This document shows positions 47,563 through 54,181 of a DNA stretch of 64,000 bases, in pieces. A program made the position numbers and the translations under genes. Below the pieces are notes generated by a model. The model saw only the letters and a program-made list of their open reading frames with translations, ran no database searches and was not told where the DNA came from. The stretch's first letter is position 1. Each line of letters begins with the position of its first letter. Where the stretch lies: NCBI GenBank assembly GCA_964397465.1, contig CAYNIC010000011.1, forward strand, positions 3,503 through 67,502. Direction: 5' to 3'. The DNA comes from an uncultured Rhodospirillales bacterium. Its GTDB lineage: Bacteria > Pseudomonadota > Alphaproteobacteria > JAWKYA01.

Positions 47563-47924
47563 CGGACGATTCCCTTGGCCCGCAGCGGCGGCGTCAAACG
47601 CTCTAACGCTTCGCGCCACAGCTTGGCGAAGTTCGCCTCTTCGCCCCGGGCATAGGGCGACGGAGCGCGGCCCATGCGGCCGTAGTGCATCAGGATTTTG
47701 ACATGAGCCCGGCGCAGGCGCCGTCGCTCGACCAGCCGCACCAGCTCGCGCACCACGTCGTCGGGCTCGCAGGGTTTGGGGGTGGATTTTCCCGCCTCGA
47801 ACCGGGCGCCGTCGGCGCGGGCGGTCAGGCAGGCGACGCACCAAAACCAGCAGGCTAAACTCGTCGGGAAAGGCTCCCCAATCGTTGTTCCCTTGCCGGT
47901 GGTGATAAGCTTCAACTGGCCCAT
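47559..47924 (-). CDS. Hypothetical 121-aa protein, first gene of the cluster (possible regulator)
   Basis: ATG at 47924 after AAGGGAG. Arg-rich helical C-terminal half. Confidence 0.45.
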   Translation of the reverse strand: MGQLKLITTGKGTTIGEPFPTSLACWFWCVACLTARADGARFEAGKSTPKPCEPDDVVRELVRLVERRRLRRAHVKILMHYGRMGRAPSPYARGEEANFAKLWREALERLTPPLRAKGIVR

Positions 47925-47969
47925 GGCTTTGCTCCCTTGAAGGGCTTTTTTCTCTCGCGGTAAACGAGT

Positions 47970-47984
47970 GTTCTATTATTGTTC
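47970..47984. promoter_or_regulatory. Second SOS (LexA) box GTTC-N7-GTTC in the divergent control region
   Basis: GTTC tattatt GTTC read directly. Confidence 0.6.
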
Positions 47985-48084
47985 GCTATTAGAGGGAGAG
48001 TCTATATGCACAAATACCCATGTCAAGCCTGAATCAGAATTTGATCCTAGTGACATTTTTCACCTGAATTGTGAAGGTGTTCCC

Positions 48085-48717
48085 ATGTTGAGACATGCGG
48101 ATATATGGCGGGGGATTGACCGTTTGGCTGCGACACATAATTTGTCGCCCTCGGGCTTGGCTCGAAAGTCAGGATTGGATCCCACCACCTTTAACAAATC
48201 AAAACGGGTTGCCCGGGATGGCAAGCCGCGTTGGCCGACGACGGAAAGCCTGGCGAAGATTCTGTCGGCCACCGGCGCCGGCATGAACGAATTCGTCTCA
48301 TTGATGAGCGAGACTCCCGGCACCTCGGTAACCCAGCGGATCCCGGTCATCGGCTATACCCAAGCGGGTCAGGCCGGTTACTTCGACGACGCCGGTTATC
48401 CCGCGGGCAAGGGCTGGGACGAGGTGGAGTTCCCCGATGTCGGCGATCCTCACGTTTATGCGCTGGAGATCAACGGCGACAGCATGATGCCGGTTTATCG
48501 CGACGGCGACGTGGTTGTGGTCTCGCCCCAGGCGCAGATCCGCCGCAACGACCGGGTGGTGCTGAAGACCGTCGAGGGCGAGGTGATGGCCAAGGTGCTC
48601 AGCCGCCGGTCGGCCAAGAAGATCGATCTGCATTCGCTCAACACCGATTTCCCCGATCGCAGCCTGGACAGCGACGACGTGCTGTGGATCGCGCGGATTA
48701 TCTGGGCCAGCCAATAG
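48085..48717 (+). CDS. HTH + S24 peptidase (CI/LexA-like self-cleaving) repressor
   Basis: ORF trimmed to the ATG at 48085 after GAAGGTG. N-terminal HTH (LSPSGLARKSGLDPTTFNKSKR), an Ala-Gly linker, and GDSMMP...K catalytic dyad. Confidence 0.8.
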   Translation: MLRHADIWRGIDRLAATHNLSPSGLARKSGLDPTTFNKSKRVARDGKPRWPTTESLAKILSATGAGMNEFVSLMSETPGTSVTQRIPVIGYTQAGQAGYFDDAGYPAGKGWDEVEFPDVGDPHVYALEINGDSMMPVYRDGDVVVVSPQAQIRRNDRVVLKTVEGEVMAKVLSRRSAKKIDLHSLNTDFPDRSLDSDDVLWIARIIWASQ

Positions 48718-48731
48718 TCTTAGCGCCGATT

Positions 48732-48874
48732 GATTCCGCGATTCCTGTCGCAAGATTCCATTCCTTAAATGCCGGAGTCCGACTCTTCTCCTAACTTGGG
48801 TATGAAGAGTCGAGATTGCTGTCGATTAGGAATCCTTGAATCGCCCCCGAATCTTCAATGAATCTTTCTGAATC
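48732..48874. repeat. Dense GANTC array: 11 sites in 143 bp; GATTC x3 left, GAATC x5 right, inverted repeat in the centre
   Basis: Sites counted by hand at 48732, 48740, 48754, 48775, 48781, 48807, 48830, 48838, 48849, 48860 and 48870. 9-bp inverted repeat CGACTCTTC (48780-48788) / GAAGAGTCG (48804-48812). Confidence 0.85.
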
Positions 48875-48952
48875 CCATTTCGGAGGCGACTAGCTGGCGC
48901 CGGTTGCGTAGCCGGCCTAGGATCGGTCGCCACCTTTAAAGAAAGATCCGCC

Positions 48953-49813
48953 ATGGCGAAGAGTCTAAGTAACGAGGATAATTGTCAGACCTTCGTCGAT
49001 GGCCGGTGGATCGCGGGCAATCCGCCGCTGATGCATGCTATGACCCATGCGGTGTGGTTGGGATCGGTGGTGTTCGACGGCGCGCGGGCCTTCGACGGCG
49101 TGGCGCCCGATCTTGATCTTCATTGCCATCGGGTCGTCAATTCGGCATCGGTGTTGGGCTTGGCGCCGACCCTGACCGCGACGGCGATCGAAGATCTGGC
49201 GCGGGACGGCATCAAAAGATTTGCGCCGAACACCCCGCTCTATATCCGGCCGATGTTCTTTGCCGAGGACGGGATGCTGGCGCCCGATCCCGCCACCACC
49301 AAATTCGCCCTGGTGATGTGGGAGGATCCCTTGCCGGCGCCGACCGGATTTTCCGCAATTGTCACACCGATGCGGCGCCCGCCGCCCGAAGCGGCGCCTT
49401 CGGAAGCCAAAGCGTCTTGTCATTATCCCAATCTGGGTCGCGCGGTGCGCTGGGCAAAGGAACGCGGCTTTGACAACGGCGTGGTATTGGATCCCGCCGG
49501 CAAGATCGCCGAATTCGCTTCATCGAATATTTTCTTCGTGCAGGACGGGGTGGTGGTGACGCCGGCGGCCAACGGCACTTTCCTGAATGGCGTCACGCGG
49601 CGCCGCGTGTTATCGCTGTTGCGCGCTGATGGCGTGAAGGTTGAGGAACGGGTAGTTGACCCGTCAGAGCTTGATCGCGCGTCCGAAGTTTTCTCCACCG
49701 GCAACTATGCCAAGGTCATGCCGGTGACGCGGATGAACGATCGCAGCCTGCAGCCGGGACCGCTGTTCCGCCGCGCCCGCGAGCTCTATTGGGGTTATGC
49801 ACATGGGAAGTAA
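48953..49813 (+). CDS. ilvE: Class IV aminotransferase (branched-chain amino acid aminotransferase-like)
   Basis: 286 aa. Fold-type IV pattern including the EAKASCHYPNLGRAVRWAKERGFDNGVVLD region. Confidence 0.7.
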   Translation: MAKSLSNEDNCQTFVDGRWIAGNPPLMHAMTHAVWLGSVVFDGARAFDGVAPDLDLHCHRVVNSASVLGLAPTLTATAIEDLARDGIKRFAPNTPLYIRPMFFAEDGMLAPDPATTKFALVMWEDPLPAPTGFSAIVTPMRRPPPEAAPSEAKASCHYPNLGRAVRWAKERGFDNGVVLDPAGKIAEFASSNIFFVQDGVVVTPAANGTFLNGVTRRRVLSLLRADGVKVEERVVDPSELDRASEVFSTGNYAKVMPVTRMNDRSLQPGPLFRRARELYWGYAHGK

Positions 49814-49829
49814 CGTATGAGAGGGAGTT

Positions 49830-50627
49830 ATGCCTTACGTACAGCGAGATAAAAAAGGAATTGTAACAGGGTTATTTGAACATAAATTACCAGAGGCTAC
49901 TATGGAATTTCTGGAAAAAGACGATCCGGAAATTAAAGACTTTTATGATCGATTTCCACTATCGCCTCAGATGATAGAGGCGCTTCGCCCTAAATCTACA
50001 AAAGAGTTACTCGAACAGCATCAAAAAATTGAAAAAGAATATAATCAACTTATAGAAGACCATAAAGCACTTCAAAATCTCATTATATCTTTATTAGGTG
50101 TATGGGCGGAAATGGAGACTAGCTTTGCTGGCTTACTAAATGTTCTTTTAACAGGAAGTAGAGAAAAATTGGCGTTTGCACTTTACTTTTCTATTCGAAA
50201 TTTTCAAACGCAAATGACGGTAATTCAAACACTTGGTGAAGTGCTTTTTCCTTCCGAAGAAAATTCAAAAAAAGTGTATAAAGAATGGGAGTCAGTTTTT
50301 AATAAAATTAAAAAGGAAGTACCTGAAATTCGAAACAGAATCGCTCACGGGCATATAGTCCAGTTCTTGCACGAGAAGAAACATATACGTGTTTTGCCGC
50401 CATTTTTTGATTTCATTAAAATAGAAAAAAGCAACGCAAAAGCTGAATTACCTGGAGTTGGACAAAACGAAATATACAAAAGTATAAAGGTAATAGGCCT
50501 AACTTCTCAGTTTGCCAATCGCTTGTCGCTTATTTTTAAGCGTTCTTTTGAAGGCGAGGCATTAGCACTTAAAGAAATTGATTTGGAGCTCAAAAGTTAT
50601 AAGGAAAATTTCAAAAATTTAAGATAA
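49830..50627 (+). CDS. Hypothetical protein with HEPN-like Rx4H motif
   Basis: 265 aa, strongly AT-rich and all-helical. The motif EIRNRIAHG sits at the end of a helical-bundle-like region. Start lies 17 nt after the ilvE-like stop, with RBS GAGGGAG. Confidence 0.5.
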   Translation: MPYVQRDKKGIVTGLFEHKLPEATMEFLEKDDPEIKDFYDRFPLSPQMIEALRPKSTKELLEQHQKIEKEYNQLIEDHKALQNLIISLLGVWAEMETSFAGLLNVLLTGSREKLAFALYFSIRNFQTQMTVIQTLGEVLFPSEENSKKVYKEWESVFNKIKKEVPEIRNRIAHGHIVQFLHEKKHIRVLPPFFDFIKIEKSNAKAELPGVGQNEIYKSIKVIGLTSQFANRLSLIFKRSFEGEALALKEIDLELKSYKENFKNLR

Positions 50628-50765
50628 CAGATGATATAAACATCAGCACCGCCATACGTCGTGTCAATGTCCTGAGATCGACTATCCGCCGGTGCCCTTC
50701 AGCAATAAACCCTTTGCCAGCCTCAGCCCGCTTAAGTAGCATTGCGCGGAAGGGATTTTCGTCTC

Positions 50766-51779
50766 ATGACGCTAAATTATCTCGAACTGATTATCGGCAG
50801 TCTGTGCTTAATCATCATCGGCTTCTGCGCCGGTGTTGTTATCCATGCCGGCGAGATCATTCCCTATCAGCCGCTGATCGTCGGTTTGATCGCGCTGGGC
50901 GGCGCGGTGATCGCCTATGTCGGAACGCTGAGGGCATCCCACGCCCATCTGCAGGTCGCCGAGAAGAACATCAAGCATCAGCAAGAGCAGAAGGCGCTGG
51001 ACTCTATCAACGAGAAACAGGAAATCGCGTCCTTTGCGCAAAAGCTGCTGCTGGAAATATTCAATTATCTGGTGGCGACAAGCCTTCTTTCCCGGGACCA
51101 GGCCATCGATGAAAAATGGCTCAACCTCTTGACCCTGAAAGACATGATAGAGCGATATGTCACCAGGATGGAGGACGCCTCGGATAAATTCATGAAACTG
51201 GACATTAACAACTCCAGCCGAATTCATCTGATCATTCGCGGCTTGAAAAACATCCTGCCCGAGGCGGAGACGATCCAAAATATAAATCAGCTGATGAAAA
51301 CCGGCGACAATGGCGCGATCTGCGCCCAGTATATCAACCGCACCTATGAATATATCGGGACATTCTTGAACGAGAACGTTACGGTACATGACATCCTTAA
51401 CGACTTGGATGTCATCTCCAAGGGCAATGTGGATCAATCAAGGGCGTATTCGATCTTGACGACGGATCTGAGAAAAATCATCAACGAGAATCTGAGGCTT
51501 ATTCAATCCGCCGTCACCGCGGGCCGCTATCTCGAGATCGATTATCCGCCGGGGCGCCGGGTGGTGGCGCCGCATATTTTGGGGCGCACCAGCAGTGGCG
51601 AGCTGGTGCTCAGCGTCTATCAAGTCAACGGCGCCAGTGATGCTGGCGAGACGGTGGGGTGGAAGACTTTCCATCTCGATCGCATTTTGGGCGTAAGGGT
51701 GTTGGATAAACGCTTTTCACCGCAGGGCGATTACAATCCCCACGATCCGAAAATACCCGAAGTTATCGTCAAGGTATAA
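50766..51779 (+). CDS. Two-TM membrane protein with C-terminal WYL-like domain
   Basis: ATG at 50766. TM helices LELIIGSLCLIIIGFCAGVVI and PLIVGLIALGGAVIAYVGTL. C-terminus YLEIDYPPGRRVVAPHILGR...LVLSVYQ...WKTFHLDRILGVRVLDKRF fits the WYL pattern. Confidence 0.55.
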   Translation: MTLNYLELIIGSLCLIIIGFCAGVVIHAGEIIPYQPLIVGLIALGGAVIAYVGTLRASHAHLQVAEKNIKHQQEQKALDSINEKQEIASFAQKLLLEIFNYLVATSLLSRDQAIDEKWLNLLTLKDMIERYVTRMEDASDKFMKLDINNSSRIHLIIRGLKNILPEAETIQNINQLMKTGDNGAICAQYINRTYEYIGTFLNENVTVHDILNDLDVISKGNVDQSRAYSILTTDLRKIINENLRLIQSAVTAGRYLEIDYPPGRRVVAPHILGRTSSGELVLSVYQVNGASDAGETVGWKTFHLDRILGVRVLDKRFSPQGDYNPHDPKIPEVIVKV

Positions 51780-51803
51780 GCGCCGCAGCGCGCCTGTTGC
51801 AGG

Positions 51804-51875
51804 TGCGGATCACTGATCAACAGTTTTCATCGCAGCTAAAGGACCATCTACGCGATGTGATTGTCACTCCCATCA
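51804..51875. repeat. Direct repeat R1 (~72 bp)
   Basis: Hand alignment with 53176-53246 gives about 56 of 72 identical with one gap. The best block is TGCGGAT.ACTG.TCAACAGTTTT. Confidence 0.75.
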
Positions 51876-51903
51876 GCTCTGCAAATAGGTCTATACGGTT
51901 CAA

Positions 51904-52623
51904 TTAATTTGTCGTTTGAAAGCCACGAATCGCCCAGAGTATTGACCATCCAAATATAAAGATAATCGTTGGGGGAATGATAAACATACCCAGGATAAAT
52001 AATAAACTTTTGTCAGCTATAGATCGATATTCTTTGGCATGGTTTTTTGCGGCATCAATTTTGTCTAACCGGCTTACTTTAGATTTGTAGATTTCTGCAG
52101 GGTTACGGCCGCAAGGAAGATCTATGATCTGTCTTGATTTTTCTGCCAGATTCTTATTCAGAATATTTCTAGCATCTTGAATAGATAATGACCTAAAATC
52201 AACAATAGTAACCCAAGCTTCTCGTTTAAAAGCTTCCACTATAGCTTCCAGCTGTTCATCAGATAATTTTTCAAAGTCAAACTTAGTTTGGGATGACGGA
52301 TTTTGTTTCTCCGTTTGTCGTTCTGGTGGGGGAAAATTTGATTCTTGTATTTGATTAAGATCTATCCAGCCGTTCTCCATAAAATAGAAGATAGGCTCAG
52401 TGCGGCATTTAGTTCTATAATACTTTCCTACTTCCGGTTCAGGCAGAGAGTCTGTCTCTGATTGTAGAAAAGATATTTCGCGATCTGCTTCTGCAGAACG
52501 CCTTATATTATTAGTATATTCCGATTTCAATTCGGTTAATACCAGCCAAGCTACCAGCGAAACCCATATTGCACTAATTATCAGCCATAAACGAAAAAGC
52601 CCTCTTCCAAATCTAGACATCAT
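51904..52623 (-). CDS. Hypothetical membrane protein with N- and C-terminal TM helices
   Basis: 239 aa, AT-rich. Third gene of a translationally coupled trio. Confidence 0.5.
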   Translation of the reverse strand: MMSRFGRGLFRLWLIISAIWVSLVAWLVLTELKSEYTNNIRRSAEADREISFLQSETDSLPEPEVGKYYRTKCRTEPIFYFMENGWIDLNQIQESNFPPPERQTEKQNPSSQTKFDFEKLSDEQLEAIVEAFKREAWVTIVDFRSLSIQDARNILNKNLAEKSRQIIDLPCGRNPAEIYKSKVSRLDKIDAAKNHAKEYRSIADKSLLFILGMFIIPPTIIFIFGWSILWAIRGFQTTN

Positions 52624-52813
52624 ACTTTAGGCACTCTTCTGCAGAAGCAACTTCAGATTTTAATTTTGAATAATCTATATTTTCACCCCAAGGTTTATCG
52701 TCTCGAGCGTTCTTTAAGGCGTCGCTGCAAAGATCTTTATTGCTCAAATTCGTAAATGGATATGAATAGAATTTTGGTGGGTAGTCTGGAATAGTAACTT
52801 TCACACATTTCAT
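52613..52813 (-). CDS. Hypothetical 66-aa protein
   Basis: Overlaps both neighbours (ATGA with the upstream gene, 11 nt with the downstream gene). Confidence 0.4.
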   Translation of the reverse strand: MKCVKVTIPDYPPKFYSYPFTNLSNKDLCSDALKNARDDKPWGENIDYSKLKSEVASAEECLKYDV

Positions 52814-53046
52814 TGTTTGATCTTTCCATTATTTTTTATAATTTGGTTGGGATCGAATCCCTCCGCCACAAGAAGTGAGCTAAGTTGTTCACCAAAACTT
52901 TTACTGTCTTCATATGCGAAGAGAGGCTTTTGAGTCTTATCAGATACAGATATATAAACGCGCCCTTGACCCGCATGCTCAAAATCAAAGTTGTAGCCAA
53001 GGTCATGGAGCGCAATGAGCATTCTGGCGTTGTTTGTATTGCTCAT
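52810..53046 (-). CDS. Hypothetical 78-aa protein
   Basis: First gene of the trio. Preceded by a very AT-rich ~125-bp leader/promoter region. Confidence 0.45.
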   Translation of the reverse strand: MSNTNNARMLIALHDLGYNFDFEHAGQGRVYISVSDKTQKPLFAYEDSKSFGEQLSSLLVAEGFDPNQIIKNNGKIKQ

Positions 53047-53175
53047 TAGGTTATGCTTCCCTTTTATTTCTATTTAAAAGGGTATCATTAAATATATATA
53101 ATTTTAAATAGTTTTAAAAACACCTGACTTTTCAGTATCTTCTGCCTAGAAATCATTTTTAGCGCATTGTGTGGT

Positions 53176-53246
53176 TGCGGATAACTGGTCAACAGTTTTT
53201 ACCGAAATTGAAAGCCATCCGCGCGAAGTGACGGTCGCTCCCATCA
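53176..53246. repeat. Direct repeat R2 (~71 bp)
   Basis: See R1. Confidence 0.75.
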
Positions 53247-53284
53247 CTGCGCGGATTTAACCGGCGTCTCAGGTCAACCCGGCG

Positions 53285-53494
53285 CTAACACGTCGCGTAG
53301 GTCGGGCTTTGCGCCGCCTCAAACACAAACATCACTTCCGACGGAATAATGTCATGGGGCAACTGGCCCTTTTCCTGTGCTGCTTTCAACACAAGATCCT
53401 TCACATCGCGTCGCATCGTGCTGTTGAGGGTTTGAAAACCGCCGACCCCATAAGGGCCAACTGTTTTTCCGTGGTATTTGATAAATACGTTCAT
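53285..53494 (-). CDS. Hypothetical 69-aa protein (the open frame continues upstream to 53755)
   Basis: The ATG at 53494 has a strong RBS, GGGAGGGAG. The 156-aa track ORF adds a basic, AT-rich N-terminal extension of doubtful coding status. Confidence 0.4.
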   Translation of the reverse strand: MNVFIKYHGKTVGPYGVGGFQTLNSTMRRDVKDLVLKAAQEKGQLPHDIIPSEVMFVFEAAQSPTYATC

Positions 53495-53803
53495 CGTAAC
53501 TCCCTCCCGCAGTAAACGGTTGTCCCCGTTTCCCGGTATTTTTTTAAGTGCAGTTACTTTTTTTCTAGGCCATATCGCGCGTTTAAGGGCGCCTCGGCCG
53601 TATGATATCCGATCTAGAATACGCAGCATTATAGGCACTGCATGATCGGGTCCACAAGCAAAGATCGTAAGCTCATGATTACGTTGAGCAATAAAAATAG
53701 TCGGGCGACGTTTTATTAACCAATTATTTTTTCTGAAGAAAAATAGCGTGGCCATACGCTAATTTTAGCGACGTAAATACCTCGGAAATACTTGGTTTTT
53801 ACG

Positions 53804-54181
53804 TTACGAGCCGACAATCACCACCACATAGCCGTCGGGATCACGCAGCCAGCACTCATGGTGGCCGGCATTGGGGTTAAAGCGGCGTTCCTCGATGATC
53901 TCGATCTTCAATCCCTTGGCGCGTTTGATCACCGCATCGATAGCGTCGGTGTGAAACCACAACAAAACGCCATAGCCGTGGGGCGCCGCATCGGGATCGC
54001 CCAAATTGGGATGATCGTGATCACCCCAATGATGGAGCTGCAGGATCATCTCGCCGGTTGCCGGATCGATCAGTTGTTCGTACTCATCCCCGCCATGACC
54101 GCTGATGCAGCCGAGAAGTTTTTGATACCAGCGGCTGCTGGCGGGAACGTCTTTGACGGCGATCAGTGGTTGCGGTTTCAT
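53804..54181 (-). CDS. VOC (glyoxalase/bleomycin-resistance) family protein
   Basis: 125 aa with a typical beta-alpha-beta-beta-beta module pattern (VKDVPASSRWYQKLLG...WLRDPDGYVVVI). ATGA overlap with the helicase gene. Confidence 0.8.
   Translation of the reverse strand: MKPQPLIAVKDVPASSRWYQKLLGCISGHGGDEYEQLIDPATGEMILQLHHWGDHDHPNLGDPDAAPHGYGVLLWFHTDAIDAVIKRAKGLKIEIIEERRFNPNAGHHECWLRDPDGYVVVIVGS

Larger units (their letters stand above)
33725..48717. mobile_element. Phage-derived (podovirus-type) structural/lysis gene cluster with divergent S24 repressor; defective prophage or domesticated particle locus
   Basis: Contiguous portal, scaffold, capsid, tail, fibre, terminase, hydrolase and holin genes on the minus strand. 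No integrase or replication genes. Confidence 0.75.
49814..53803. other. Low-GC accessory island between the aminotransferase and VOC/helicase genes
   Basis: Abrupt visible drop in GC at 49814. Contains only orphan or defence-like ORFs and repeat-bracketed cassettes. Confidence 0.65.

Noticed and set aside
47110-47844. 244-aa track ORF overlapping the 121-aa gene.
   Set aside because: Its first 94 codons overlap the 47559-47924 gene in another frame and translate to Arg/Pro/Ala-rich sequence. The internal ATG at 47562 forms an ATGA junction with the upstream stop, so the call was trimmed to 47110-47562.
33725-48717. Calling the cluster an intact inducible prophage.
   Set aside because: No integrase, excisionase, replication or early genes were found, and no att repeats or tRNA were found by eye at either end. 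The cluster is bounded by core genes, so only 'phage-derived locus' is supported.
49814-50650. Possible target-site duplication around the HEPN-motif gene: TAACGTATGA at the left junction versus TAACAGATGA at the right.
   Set aside because: Only 8 of 10 positions match in AT-rich sequence that includes stop and start codons. This is not distinguishable from chance.
51804-53246. Integron-like reading of the repeat-bracketed cassettes, with R1/R2 as attC sites.
   Set aside because: There is no intI integrase or attI in the window. I could not find the RYYYAAC / GTTRRRY core sites or the imperfect internal dyad expected of attC. Retained only as a generic cassette-boundary observation.
53756-53803. 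Palindromes GCTAATTTTAGC and ACGTAAA-N-TTTACGT downstream of the VOC gene, considered as a terminator or an island boundary site.
   Set aside because: The stems are weak and AT-only with no U-tract, so the evidence is insufficient for a terminator or att site.
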